A DNA stretch of 64,000 nucleotides from Candidatus Woesebacteria bacterium RIFCSPHIGHO2_01_FULL_39_32 (GCA_001792345.1 MGGJ01000012.1:6091-70090), one strand, 5' to 3'; shown: positions 18,702-29,092, counted from the stretch's first letter. Translations and numbers: made by a program. Notes: a model not told the origin generated them from the sequence alone.

Positions 18702-19479
18702 TTTTGACTATGAAGAAAAAGTTTGGGGAGGTAATGAGGTGCGGCTCGTACCGACCTACCTCTCATACTTACGGCTCAAATACACACTTTCCGATTTAGC
18801 TAAGGTTAAGGGAAGGATCTTAGATGCCGGGTGCGGTGGTGGAGGTTTTGCTAAGGCTATAAGTATGTACCGGCCGGATTTAGCAGTGTATGGAGTAGAC
18901 ATTTCCCGAAAAGCGGTTAGCCATGCAAAAGGCAGTAATAAGGGTGTTGCCTTTAAGGTCGGTGACGTCTACGCGCTGCCATTTGCCGACAACTTTTTTG
19001 ATGCGGTGATCGTAGAGGATGTCTTCGAGCACCTGCAAAAGCCTTACGAAGCTCTCGATGAACTTTCTCGGGTAGTTAAACATGGTGGAATTTTGAGCGC
19101 ATTTATACCCCTAGAAGGTTCGGTATTTTCTCTCCATTATTGGTTTTCTAAATTGGGCTGGAAAAGTAAGCGAGAATTGGCCGGCCACATTCAAGGCTTT
19201 AAGGAAAAAGATGTCAACTTAAAGATTAAAGAAAAAGGCTTTAAGCTTGAGAAAAAGCGATACGGTGCGCATTTACTTGGCCAAATAGTAGACGTAGGTT
19301 TTTTTACGGTTGTGGATCTTGTCGGCAGACGATTAGAAACTGGAATTGAACAGCACCTGGAGAATAAAAAAGTATTAACGTTTTTTAAAAATACAATAAC
19401 AAGATTGACAAACTTTGAATCTCAAATTTTGTACTTTGTTCCGGGCGCGGGTATTCATATTAAAGCGGTTAAGAAATGA
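18685..19479 (+). CDS. Class I SAM-dependent methyltransferase
   Basis: Motif I ILDAGCGGGGFAKA. Post-I acidic LAVYGVDIS. Motif VKHGGILSAFIP. Confidence 0.75.
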   Translation: MTAMTNFDYEEKVWGGNEVRLVPTYLSYLRLKYTLSDLAKVKGRILDAGCGGGGFAKAISMYRPDLAVYGVDISRKAVSHAKGSNKGVAFKVGDVYALPFADNFFDAVIVEDVFEHLQKPYEALDELSRVVKHGGILSAFIPLEGSVFSLHYWFSKLGWKSKRELAGHIQGFKEKDVNLKIKEKGFKLEKKRYGAHLLGQIVDVGFFTVVDLVGRRLETGIEQHLENKKVLTFFKNTITRLTNFESQILYFVPGAGIHIKAVKK

Positions 19480-19526
19480 ACCTCCGTGGGCTAAGAACCC
19501 ACGGATTTCAAGGAGTTTGAATAAAC

Positions 19527-20360
19527 TCAGTTTGCTGTATCTATTTTTTTGAAAAGCGCTACATAGTAAAACACCAATCCACAATAAATGCTTGTGAAGA
19601 TTCCCTGTTTTAAGTAATAAAATTGTGCTTTTCGTAGGAATTTAGTAAGCCCCAAGAGTGTGTGATAAGCCATGCTACCTAGAATTCCAAGAACGATAGG
19701 GTGGTCAACTCTTATTTTGTCTTTTAAATCTAACACAATTTCTTCGCAGTTCCATTTCGGAATTTTCTCCAATCCTTTGGTCAACTGCCAAGCATGAATC
19801 TTGGTGTATTTGCCATATTTCCAGCCAAAAGATTTTAGTTCAAGGTATTCATAATTCGGCTTGTGGATTACCCTGTAGTTTGATTTTTTAACTACAACAT
19901 CCTTATTCAAAGGCACTGGGTCGTGATGTCTAAGTCCGAAATAAACTATTTTGGATTTTTTAAATAAAGCTCTTTTGTAGGGTCCGATATAGTGTCTATT
20001 TTTGTAAAAACCTGGCCAGGAAAAATCGTAAATGTCCACTTTGGTGTTTATTAGCTTCCCCAAATTGTTACGCAAGCCCTCAGACAAATACTCATCGGCA
20101 TCAATTTGCAGTATCCAATCATTTTTAGCTTTTTTGTAAGTTAAAGGCCGGTGGGGTTCGCATATTCCGACGTGTTTTCTGACGTAAATTTTGGCTTTGT
20201 ACTTTGTTGCAATTTGAAGCGATTTATCTTTACACGGGCCGTCGTGGACGATGATGATCTCGTCGACCAGATCTGCTAAAGATTCTAGGGCCCGTTCCAA
20301 AACAGCCTCTTCGTTGTAAATTACCATAACGGCAGATATAGGGAGTTTATGAATTACCAT
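19527..20360 (-). CDS. Glycosyltransferase family 2
   Basis: SAVMVIYNEEAVLERALESL ... IIIVHDGPCKD ... QIDADEY (DxD). Confidence 0.75.
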   Translation of the reverse strand: MVIHKLPISAVMVIYNEEAVLERALESLADLVDEIIIVHDGPCKDKSLQIATKYKAKIYVRKHVGICEPHRPLTYKKAKNDWILQIDADEYLSEGLRNNLGKLINTKVDIYDFSWPGFYKNRHYIGPYKRALFKKSKIVYFGLRHHDPVPLNKDVVVKKSNYRVIHKPNYEYLELKSFGWKYGKYTKIHAWQLTKGLEKIPKWNCEEIVLDLKDKIRVDHPIVLGILGSMAYHTLLGLTKFLRKAQFYYLKQGIFTSIYCGLVFYYVALFKKIDTAN

Positions 20361-20386
20361 TTTGCGCTATACTTTCAATTAATTAT

Positions 20387-20896
20387 ATGAGGTTTCTCAT
20401 AGTTCAGCCATGGATAAGTTATAGAGGGGCAGAGACGGTTTCGGTGAAGCTTTGCGGAGCTTTAAACAAACTCGGTCATCCTTCAAAAATTGCCTGCCTT
20501 TTTTTGGATGAGGGCAGGCTACCCGAAGGCTCTCGGAGAGTTGAATTTATTCTTCCTTCAAGATTTTGGCAGATTCTGTTTAGGAAGTTTAAACTTGCAT
20601 TGTTTATTTTAGGTACACCGGTACTTTTTATTCTTGTTTTAAAAAATGTCAAAAATTTTGACGTCCTTAATCCGCACAACCCGCCCTCTTTGTGGGTATG
20701 CGTTGTCTCAGCCAGGTTGTTTGGGAAAAAGGTCGTCTGGTCGGTACACAACCTGTTTGATTGGAGATTTCTGAATGGTCTAGATGAATTTCTTGTCCGC
20801 AAAACGAATGCCATTGTGACTCCCACAAAAATGCTTGCGAAAGAGGTTAAAAGCCGCTACGGCTTGAAAGCGAAGGTGATCTACAATGCGATCTAG
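20387..20896 (+). CDS. GT4 N-terminal (acceptor-binding) domain only; split glycosyltransferase or frameshifted gene
   Basis: 169 aa resembling a Glyco_trans_4 N-domain, ending VIYNAI*. Overlaps by 11 nt, in the +1 frame, the start of a protein that begins with a GT4 C-domain. Confidence 0.5.
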   Translation: MRFLIVQPWISYRGAETVSVKLCGALNKLGHPSKIACLFLDEGRLPEGSRRVEFILPSRFWQILFRKFKLALFILGTPVLFILVLKNVKNFDVLNPHNPPSLWVCVVSARLFGKKVVWSVHNLFDWRFLNGLDEFLVRKTNAIVTPTKMLAKEVKSRYGLKAKVIYNAI

Positions 20897-22214
20897 AAAA
20901 TCTTTGAAATTGCTGCAGGTTGGTACTTTGAATCCTCAAAAAAATCCGCGCGTTTCGCTTGCGGTGTTGGAACGATTAAGGGCAAAAGGCATTGATACAA
21001 AATTGACATTTGTAGGAGATGGGCCGGAAAGGGTTGGTCTTGAAAAAAAATGCAGAAGATTGAATTTAGAAAGCTACGCCGTTTTTACCGGTTATGTCGA
21101 AAACAAAGATTTGGGCCACTATTATAAAAAGTGTGATTTAGTCTTGATGCCGGGAACCAGAGAGACGTTCTCCACCGTCCCTCTTGAAGCGCTGATTTAC
21201 GCGAAGCCTTCTATAATTTCTGACGACTCGGGGTTAACGGAAGTTTTGTCGGAATACTGCATGTTTGTTAAACCAACAGTGGGTAATGTTTACCGAAAAA
21301 TACTGGATTTTATAAAGAATGGGAAGAAGTATGAGCTGAGAGGTCAAAAGGGAAGAGTATGGATCAAAAAAAATTTGACGTGGGAGCGCTACGCTAAAGA
21401 TTTTTTGTCTACATTAGAAGAGGAGCAGGTTTTACCAGAAGTTTATAGTAAATCATACTTTGATATACACCACGAACACCCCAGATCCGATTATTTGTAT
21501 TCGGAAAGGAAGAATAGAATAGCAAGGGGAATTGAATATCTGGAGCCAAGACCAAGAGAAAAGATTTTAGACTTGGGCTGCGGCAACGGCGAGGTTAGTC
21601 AAGTAATTTCGGATAGCGGAGCCTTTGTTTGGGGAGTTGATTATAGCATTGAAGCTATTGCCCTGGCCAAAGAGCGCCGAGCAAAAAATGCGGACTTTAG
21701 TGTTTCTGACGCAGAAAGGCTTAGCTTCCGCGACAATTACTTTGACAAAGTAATCTGTTTGGATGTATTTGAGCACATTTACCCTCACAAGCTCGAGAAG
21801 GTATTGTTGGAGGTTAAAAGAGTTTTGAAACCAGGGGGCCGTTTTGTGGTGGCAACTTCACCCAATTCTTTTTACCTTGGCCCTTTTATGTCTATTGCCA
21901 AAAAGCTTTTAAAAATAAAGCAGTTTGAGTCGGAAGAATACCACGTAAACGTTTTTAATTACTTTCGCCTTAAAAAACTTTTTAAAGGCTTTAAAGGCAA
22001 AAAGTCCATTACTCTGACAAATGACGGCCATTTCTATTTCTCTTCAAGAATTGCGATGAATTCGAATATTCCAGGTTGGGTAAAGTTTGCCGCTAAATTG
22101 GTCGATTACCTTTTCGAAAATCCAATTTCCGAGAAAATAATACTATTAAGCCCTTTGAAGATTTTCCTGGCACACGACCTTTGGGCAGTGGTAAAATTAA
22201 AAGATAATGGATAA
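20886..22214 (+). CDS. GT4 C-terminal (donor-binding) domain fused to class I SAM methyltransferase
   Basis: LKLLQVGTLNPQKNP ... FVGDGPE ... PLEALIYAKPSIISD (GT4 C-domain). Then ILDLGCGNGEVSQ ... KPGGRFVVA (methyltransferase motifs I and III). Confidence 0.7.
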   Translation: MRSRKSLKLLQVGTLNPQKNPRVSLAVLERLRAKGIDTKLTFVGDGPERVGLEKKCRRLNLESYAVFTGYVENKDLGHYYKKCDLVLMPGTRETFSTVPLEALIYAKPSIISDDSGLTEVLSEYCMFVKPTVGNVYRKILDFIKNGKKYELRGQKGRVWIKKNLTWERYAKDFLSTLEEEQVLPEVYSKSYFDIHHEHPRSDYLYSERKNRIARGIEYLEPRPREKILDLGCGNGEVSQVISDSGAFVWGVDYSIEAIALAKERRAKNADFSVSDAERLSFRDNYFDKVICLDVFEHIYPHKLEKVLLEVKRVLKPGGRFVVATSPNSFYLGPFMSIAKKLLKIKQFESEEYHVNVFNYFRLKKLFKGFKGKKSITLTNDGHFYFSSRIAMNSNIPGWVKFAAKLVDYLFENPISEKIILLSPLKIFLAHDLWAVVKLKDNG

Positions 22215-25200
22215 AGTTTTAAAATTCGTTGTTTTACTTCTCGTAACTTTGTTTACTTTGACACTTTATATTTGGGTTGCTTTTATTGTCGGCTGGGAGT
22301 ATTTAACAAGTATTCAGGGGTCCGACACTTTGGTTTATTTGTCTCACCTTAAAACCTTAGCCGACTACTTTCCGAATTATCCTTTTTGGAACCATCTCGA
22401 AGGCGGTGGTGTGAGCCTAACCGCATCATACCCAATACTTACACACACAGCATTGATAGTTATTTCTCGAATTACCCACTTAAATTTAGTTGAAACCCTC
22501 AAGTTGGTAGGATTTTTGTCTGTACCGTTATTTTCGCTGGGAATTTATTTTTTTGCTCTCACCAGAACCAAAAATATTTTGATTTCCTTTTTGGCAGGCC
22601 TTTTTTATGTCATCTCTCCAATTGCATGGATATTTCTGTTTGAATGGGGCTTTTACGCAGAAAGTGTAGCATCTATCCTTTTTGCCCCTACTATAATCTT
22701 TTTTTGTGCTTTTTTGGACAAGCCCAAAAGAATTTATGTTGTGTTTTCTTCAATCTTTCTTGCCCTTTCGCTCCTTGCTCACGGAACAATCGCAACTGCA
22801 GCAGCAACCTTTATGGTTCTCTACGCTCTTTCCTTGTCTTTCTTTCAAAAGGATAGATTGAAAACTCTATTGGGTTATGGCAAAGCTCTTGTCATCACAA
22901 TATTGTTAGGGATACTTCTGGCCGGGTTTTGGTTTTTCCCTTTCTACAAATATTCAAAGATTGCAGATTCGGGAGGTAATTTGGGTGGGCAGGTTAGGGT
23001 TGACGAATACAAAAGGAACAAAATTAACACACTGGAGGTTTTAAGCTTTAAACCTGAGCTCGATAAATTTGTACCCGCGTATAATTTTAGAAATATATCT
23101 TTCCCAATAACCATCTCCACACTCTTTATTTTGGGCTCTATTTTGGTCTTTTTCTCAAAGAAGAAAGACCAATTAGCCTTTAATATTACGACACTTCTTT
23201 TGCTTTATGCCTCCATCGATGTTTGGGTGACGATTGTCATGAAATTTATTCCGATTCTTGGTGTGTTTGCTTCGTGGAGGTCCTTTATTTATGTACCTAG
23301 AGTTGGCATTCCCATCATTGCCGCGTCGTCCGTCTATTTCCTTTTTTATTATTCACTAACACTGATTAAAAAATACGTTCAAGTGAGACATGTCTTGGCC
23401 ACAATTTTTGGGTTTATCGCGACATTATCAATTCTTTGGATTTACAAAGACCAAGCTTCTTACGGCAAAGAGGTCACCTTGACTTCAAGAAAGCTAGATT
23501 ATAGAGATGTTTGGAAGATGAGAATGGACGATCCGTGTATCGTGGAAAGTATTGCAGGAAGCTATCCTCATTGCAGAAGTAAATTATTTACTAGCACCTT
23601 TAACATACCTGAATTTTTACAGCTGTGTGAAGAGCAAAAAAATCAAACCGGAATTTGTACCGGTAGTTTTTCAGATGCGGAGGTTGTGAACCTAGTCGAA
23701 AATTGTTCTACCTTCTGTGCCGCAAAGTATGACAGCTTAAAAAATCAACTATTTGCTAAGGATTACTACACCGCAAGGCTATCCGAATTTAGGCAGGATT
23801 TAGATTTCAAATCCGGCCCTAAGCATATTTACAAAAACGGCAAAATAGTTGAGAAAAAACCAAGTGAAACAGATGAAATCTTTGATTACCGAGGGTTTTT
23901 TGCAAAGATCCCGGATGACATTTTTGCTAGATATGATCTTTCTGTTGGAGCTGTTGAGTTTTCTAAAGTTAGTCCCTATTTTAAGAACACAACACCCGCT
24001 TTACCCGTTTATATTAATACGGCTTGGTTAATAAATAGGTTTTGGGGTTATCAACTAAGCAACTTCTACGCCGACGATCCAGTGTATCCGGATCATTCGA
24101 CACTTTTAGATATTGCTAAGTGGTATGGTATAAAACATATAGTTTTCGGAGGAAACCAAGATACTGCGCTACCCAGATACGAAAGAGAAGGATTTACAAG
24201 GATTGACGAGCAACCTATTTTAGCGCTAGACAATCCCGAAACCAACATTGCAATAAATAATAAACCTAAAATTCTTGTTATTGGTAATACTTCAAACCCG
24301 GTTGTTTATGACGAAGTTTTCAAAAAGTCAAACCTTGGCATTATAGCGTATGATTCTGCAATGCTTATTAAAGGAACCGAAAATGTTGATGATTACACGA
24401 TAAATGAATTGAAAAGTTATGATTTAATATTTTTATATGGCTATAAATACGAAAGAAAAGAAAAGGCTTGGGAATTATTGGACAATTATCTTAATGGGGG
24501 TGGGAGTATATTTATCGACACTGGTTGGCAATACGTTTCGAAGGACTGGCAGATCGGAAAAACCGCAGAATTTTTCCCGACAGAAAATCTTACCTGGACA
24601 AACTTCGGCAAAGTTGACGACTTCCAAGTTAACTCCGATTTATTTGACAACTCAGACGTAGATACAGCGGGAATTGAACCGCTTATATGGAACGATCTTC
24701 CTTGGGGAGTTTCAAGTGGGGAATTGAGGCAATGGGCCAAACCGATTTTGAGTGTTTCGGATGGCACGTTAGTAGCAGGGGGTTATTATGGACAGGGCAA
24801 AATAGTCTGGTCCGGTATGAATACACTCGGCCATATTAAAAACTATGAGAGCGAAAACCCTGAAGTCAGTTTAATGGAAAATATTATCTTGTGGCTTTTG
24901 GGAGAAGGTAATATTACAAATTTACAAATAGGAACGGATTTCAACGTCCTTATGAATAATCCGGATAAAGTTGAGGTTATACTTAATAAACCAATTGCGG
25001 ATGGCTATGGACTATACTTCAAAGAAAGTTATTTCCCATACTGGAAGGTAAACAATAATTTAATAATCGAATATGCCGGACCTGGGTTCATGTACGTAGA
25101 TCTTTCTGAGATGGGAGAAGGCGACAAATTAATATTTTCAATGGCTGTTATGCCGGAACAAATCATAGGTTATATTGCATCCCTGGGGGGAGTCATTGCT

Positions 25201-25302
25201 TCAGTTTTGTATCTTTTGGGACTTTTAAAATTTAAATTTTTGGAAAGGATAAAGTTTAAAGGGATAAGTTTAGACAGCCGCAATGAAGATATCGACTACT
25301 AG
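22207..25302 (+). CDS. Large (1031 aa) polytopic membrane protein with big extracytoplasmic domain and a terminal TM; YfhO/GT-C-like candidate
   Basis: About 12 N-terminal TM helices, a ~600-aa hydrophilic region, and a final TM IIGYIASLGGVIASVLYLLGLL. The architecture resembles YfhO-type glycosyltransferases. Confidence 0.5.
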   Translation: MDKVLKFVVLLLVTLFTLTLYIWVAFIVGWEYLTSIQGSDTLVYLSHLKTLADYFPNYPFWNHLEGGGVSLTASYPILTHTALIVISRITHLNLVETLKLVGFLSVPLFSLGIYFFALTRTKNILISFLAGLFYVISPIAWIFLFEWGFYAESVASILFAPTIIFFCAFLDKPKRIYVVFSSIFLALSLLAHGTIATAAATFMVLYALSLSFFQKDRLKTLLGYGKALVITILLGILLAGFWFFPFYKYSKIADSGGNLGGQVRVDEYKRNKINTLEVLSFKPELDKFVPAYNFRNISFPITISTLFILGSILVFFSKKKDQLAFNITTLLLLYASIDVWVTIVMKFIPILGVFASWRSFIYVPRVGIPIIAASSVYFLFYYSLTLIKKYVQVRHVLATIFGFIATLSILWIYKDQASYGKEVTLTSRKLDYRDVWKMRMDDPCIVESIAGSYPHCRSKLFTSTFNIPEFLQLCEEQKNQTGICTGSFSDAEVVNLVENCSTFCAAKYDSLKNQLFAKDYYTARLSEFRQDLDFKSGPKHIYKNGKIVEKKPSETDEIFDYRGFFAKIPDDIFARYDLSVGAVEFSKVSPYFKNTTPALPVYINTAWLINRFWGYQLSNFYADDPVYPDHSTLLDIAKWYGIKHIVFGGNQDTALPRYEREGFTRIDEQPILALDNPETNIAINNKPKILVIGNTSNPVVYDEVFKKSNLGIIAYDSAMLIKGTENVDDYTINELKSYDLIFLYGYKYERKEKAWELLDNYLNGGGSIFIDTGWQYVSKDWQIGKTAEFFPTENLTWTNFGKVDDFQVNSDLFDNSDVDTAGIEPLIWNDLPWGVSSGELRQWAKPILSVSDGTLVAGGYYGQGKIVWSGMNTLGHIKNYESENPEVSLMENIILWLLGEGNITNLQIGTDFNVLMNNPDKVEVILNKPIADGYGLYFKESYFPYWKVNNNLIIEYAGPGFMYVDLSEMGEGDKLIFSMAVMPEQIIGYIASLGGVIASVLYLLGLLKFKFLERIKFKGISLDSRNEDIDY

Positions 25303-26377
25303 AAAGATAGGTGTTGTAAGGGGGCTAATGCCCAGGGTTACACAAGCCGAATTTGCTAAGAGTTTCAAACAATTAGAACCAGTATTTATAACCGGAAATG
25401 CAGGTCAGGAGGTTAGAGAATATTGTAAAGAAAATTCCTTGGAACATCGTGATCTTTCTCTACGTAAATCCTTTGGTTTTGACCCGGTCCAGCTGATTTT
25501 AGGCAGAAGAACACACCAAAGTTGGGTAGAACTGGATCGACTACGCGCTGCCTGTTATGATCTAGATTTTTTAGAAACTTATGAACTATACCATTTTTTT
25601 TCTGGACAGGCTGCAGAAGTAGCTGAAGTGATTAAGATTCCACTAATCACAGAAGTTTGGACGTCTTTTTTACATCCTGCTTATTTTATTCCTCCGTATT
25701 CTCACACAGTTAGAAAGGTTTTGAAGAATACGGATCTTTTTATAGCCAGGAGTAAACTTGCCAGGGAAACTTTATTGAGACTCGGGGTTGCCAAGGACAA
25801 AATCAAAATAATTTATCACGGAGTGAATCTAAAAAGGTTTTTTCCGGGTAAAAACCAACAAAAAAGTGAAAAAATCTTTTTGTATGTTGGGGAATTGGAA
25901 AAGTACAAAGGAGTCGAAGTTTTACTAAATGCCTGGAGGATGTATTATATGAACCACAAAACTGATCGGCTTTGGGTAGTTGGTAAGGGTAGTATTAAAC
26001 CGAAAGGACCAGGAGTTAAGAATTTCGGTTACATGAGACACACCGAACTTCCAAGAATTTATAGAATGGCCAACGTATTTGTATCACCAAGTATTAACCG
26101 GTATCTGGGTCCGATAAAGTGGTGGGAGGAGTTTTTTAGCTATACCTTAATGGAAGCAATGGCATCGGGACTTTCCATAATTGGGTCAGACAGCGGGGGA
26201 ATACCAGAAGAAATTGGCAACAAAAATATTGTCGTCAAAAAAGGCAGTGTCGAAGATTTAGTAAAAGCAATGGAAAATATACAAATTATTAACTCGAATC
26301 GTGAAAGAGCAAAAATTTTTTTTAATCTTTCTAAAAATACCCGCCTTTTGGAAAATAGCATCCTCCGTAGATTATGA
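25283..26377 (+). CDS. Glycosyltransferase family 4
   Basis: C-domain FLYVGELEKYKG ... EEFFSYTLMEAMASGLSIIGSDSGGIPEEI. Confidence 0.65.
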   Translation: MKISTTRKIGVVRGLMPRVTQAEFAKSFKQLEPVFITGNAGQEVREYCKENSLEHRDLSLRKSFGFDPVQLILGRRTHQSWVELDRLRAACYDLDFLETYELYHFFSGQAAEVAEVIKIPLITEVWTSFLHPAYFIPPYSHTVRKVLKNTDLFIARSKLARETLLRLGVAKDKIKIIYHGVNLKRFFPGKNQQKSEKIFLYVGELEKYKGVEVLLNAWRMYYMNHKTDRLWVVGKGSIKPKGPGVKNFGYMRHTELPRIYRMANVFVSPSINRYLGPIKWWEEFFSYTLMEAMASGLSIIGSDSGGIPEEIGNKNIVVKKGSVEDLVKAMENIQIINSNRERAKIFFNLSKNTRLLENSILRRL

Positions 26378-26462
26378 ATCTGCGGTTTTACACCCGAGTT
26401 AGGATGATATATCAGGTTCAATTCCTCCACGAATTAAAATTCGTGGTTTCCTTGAAACTACT

Positions 26463-27209
26463 ATGAAATTTCCCAAATATCCCGATCAAAAATATAACAT
26501 CAGGTACTTTCATTTTCTATATGCCTCATCAGCCTTAAAAGAAAGGGAGGGAAAAGTGCTTGACGTTGGATGCGGCAACGGTGAAATTACTTCAGCTTTG
26601 TTAAGGGTAAATAAAAAGCTAATTATAAAAGGGTGCGATAACAATAGAACGGCAAAGCCCCCTTTTCCGATTGTTTATGCCGACGTTCATAAACTGCCCT
26701 TCAAAAATAGTCACTTTGAGAGTGTGTTGATGTTTGACGTTTTAGAGCATATCAAAGAGCCTAAAAAAGTAATTGCTGAGATATCTAGGGTTTTAAAAAG
26801 GGGTAGTATGTTTCATCTTGTTGTTCCCTGCGAAGCAGATTTGACGACAATTGACGGTTGGCTAAAGTTAGCCTTTAAAGTCAATTTAAAAGCGAAACCC
26901 ATAGGTCATATTAACCAGTTTAAACACAAAGAAATTCTTGATTTATTAAAAGCAAGTGATTTTGAGATTGGGTCGGTTTACTATAGCTATCATTTTTTGT
27001 ACCAATTATTAAGTTTTATGTACTTTTTTTATCTTTACCTATTTAACTCGGGAGTTTATGTGGCAGTTGGAAGGACAAAAAGTGGACTTAAGTCAAAAGT
27101 TGGAAAGAAGATAATGCTTTTGGGTCTTGTTTTGGTTTATTGCGAATCAAAACTATTAAAGAATTTCAAAGGCCAAACCGCCCACATTACTTGCTTTTTG
27201 AGGAAATGA
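26463..27209 (+). CDS. Class I SAM-dependent methyltransferase
   Basis: VLDVGCGNGEIT ... FDVLEHI ... KRGSMFHLVVP. Confidence 0.7.
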   Translation: MKFPKYPDQKYNIRYFHFLYASSALKEREGKVLDVGCGNGEITSALLRVNKKLIIKGCDNNRTAKPPFPIVYADVHKLPFKNSHFESVLMFDVLEHIKEPKKVIAEISRVLKRGSMFHLVVPCEADLTTIDGWLKLAFKVNLKAKPIGHINQFKHKEILDLLKASDFEIGSVYYSYHFLYQLLSFMYFFYLYLFNSGVYVAVGRTKSGLKSKVGKKIMLLGLVLVYCESKLLKNFKGQTAHITCFLRK

Positions 27210-27954
27210 CGTGCATATAAAGACCCGGAATTTTATTTGGAATAAGAAATGATTCAAGATTAATTAGGAAATTTAGCAAGTATTTTATTGGTTTTAATTT
27301 ACTGTCAGAGGGTTGATATTCTTGAGGTCTATTTAGCATTTTGAGTAGCCTAAGATATACACCTGATATTAATTGACAGAATATAAAGCCTGAAAAATAA
27401 TATCTTTTGATGTCAAATCCCGAAGATTCTAGTAGTTTCAGTAGAGTCTTTTGGTCAAATCTTTGCAGATGCCCGTGGTACTTCCTGGAAAGTGTGGCAT
27501 CTTGGAAAAAAACAAATTTGGCTCCCTCGATTGGAGTAACTGAAAAAAGGAGACCATCCGGTTTTAATACACGTCTTACTTCGTTTAAAGCGTTTTGTGG
27601 CTTTCCAAGGTGTTCTAGGGTGCAGTTTACTATGACCCCGTCGAAGAAAGCGTTTGTAAATGGAAGTTTATAGGCCGAAGCTCGTCTGAAATTTATGCCT
27701 TTGTAATTTGCCTTAGCCTGGCTAATCGCATTTTTTGATATGTCCACTGCGTAGACCTTTAATCTTGGGCAATTCTTTTTGAGTATTTCTCCTGTATAGT
27801 ACCCGGCACCGCAACCTAGGTCGCAAACCTTACTTTTAGCAGTAAGCTCTTTTATTTCTTTAGGCAAAAGCCCAACGACGCCGCCTTTTAATAATCTGAT
27901 GTGTCCTTTTTGCCTTCTGCTATAAATTTTCTTTTCATAATCAAAGAGTTTCAT
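27187..27954 (-). CDS. Class I SAM-dependent methyltransferase
   Basis: VCDLGCGAGYYT ... AVDIS ... LKPDGLLFSVTP. Confidence 0.7.
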   Translation of the reverse strand: MKLFDYEKKIYSRRQKGHIRLLKGGVVGLLPKEIKELTAKSKVCDLGCGAGYYTGEILKKNCPRLKVYAVDISKNAISQAKANYKGINFRRASAYKLPFTNAFFDGVIVNCTLEHLGKPQNALNEVRRVLKPDGLLFSVTPIEGAKFVFFQDATLSRKYHGHLQRFDQKTLLKLLESSGFDIKRYYFSGFIFCQLISGVYLRLLKMLNRPQEYQPSDSKLKPIKYLLNFLINLESFLIPNKIPGLYMHVISSKSK

Positions 27955-27968
27955 TGATTATTTTTACT

Positions 27969-28982
27969 TCAAAAAAATACACTTAACAATTCTATTAATT
28001 TTTTCCGTAGATAAAAGCGAAAGGGGGTAGGGGTAGGCGAGGGTTCCGGTGGTATCGGGGTTGGAAGAGGGGTCGGTTGTAATGTGGGGGTAGGTGATTG
28101 TTTGTAAACTCTGAATGTATCGCTATAATCAGTACAGGTCCCAATTAGTTCGTCGTCAGAAGGAACTGAGTTATCAATCTTCGCTACGGCAAAATCAGAC
28201 CATTGGATCCCAGAAGAACCATTAACGCTAAGCGTGTAAGATACGTTGCCTGTAATTGACCACCCTTCTTTAGGAACCAATCGTACCATATATGTACCTT
28301 TAGGAATTTGCCTTATGTGCCATGTTCCGTCTACAGGATTGGAACAAAGATAGGGTTCTTCTCCGTTGGGTAAACAATCGCTGATTACTCCCATGTCGGT
28401 ACAACCTTGCCAGAATAGGGAATTGTCTATTTTACCGTTTTTATTTAAATCTAAATAAACCTGCCATCTGCCCAGAAGGGGTTCATTCAGTTGTGAAATA
28501 CCGTCGAGGTTTTGGTCATAAGTTACATGGCCATGGATTTCGGCTAGGCGGTTGCCGAAACTGACTTTCTCGATTTCTTGACCAAGTAGGAAATAACGTG
28601 TTTCGGTTTCATCAACAACCGCTTCGTAGGATGTGTTGCTATTTGGTTCATTTACAAACCAACCGGCTTTTTTTTGAGTTTCACTCAATTTCTCACCAAT
28701 TGTGTAAGTTCCAGGTGCAACTTCGGACCATTCCACTTTGCCGTTTTCATCCGATAATTTACACACTTCTAAAACCTCTCCTTTTTTCTCTAAACAAATG
28801 TTCCAGCCCTCCATTCCATAATCTTGCTGGTCGAAAACCCCGTTGCCTTTGTGTTCGTTGTAAGCAAATGCTTTAATAAGTCCGGGTTTTTCGCTGTCTG
28901 CCGAGGTTGTAGAGTAATTGGTGGTCAATAAAGCCAATAGAATAAATATACAGATTTTCGATTTTAGTAATTTATAATACAT
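27969..28982 (-). CDS. Secreted hypothetical protein with signal peptide and C-terminal Pro/Thr-rich linker
   Basis: N-terminus MYYKLLKSKICIFILLALLTTNYSTTSA (signal peptide). C-terminus PTPTLQPTPLPTPIPPEPSPTPTP. Confidence 0.45.
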   Translation of the reverse strand: MYYKLLKSKICIFILLALLTTNYSTTSADSEKPGLIKAFAYNEHKGNGVFDQQDYGMEGWNICLEKKGEVLEVCKLSDENGKVEWSEVAPGTYTIGEKLSETQKKAGWFVNEPNSNTSYEAVVDETETRYFLLGQEIEKVSFGNRLAEIHGHVTYDQNLDGISQLNEPLLGRWQVYLDLNKNGKIDNSLFWQGCTDMGVISDCLPNGEEPYLCSNPVDGTWHIRQIPKGTYMVRLVPKEGWSITGNVSYTLSVNGSSGIQWSDFAVAKIDNSVPSDDELIGTCTDYSDTFRVYKQSPTPTLQPTPLPTPIPPEPSPTPTPFRFYLRKKLIELLSVFF

Positions 28983-29092
28983 AAATATATTATAGCTATT
29001 TAAAAAATATATGATTATCTTACTTTTGACAACTACTTTATGTTACAGTTTTCATAGCTTTGATAATCTCAATGTTTATACACAAATAACGT

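Noticed and set aside
20880-20896. Programmed +1 ribosomal frameshift joining the two GT4 halves
   Set aside because: No slippery heptamer or rare-codon stall site is evident in the 11-nt overlap, and ORF2 has its own ATG. A genuine split gene or a mutational frameshift is more parsimonious.
27969-28100. Pro/Thr-rich C-terminus of the secreted protein as an LPXTG/sortase signal
   Set aside because: No LPXTG-like pentapeptide, no hydrophobic helix and no basic tail follow the linker.
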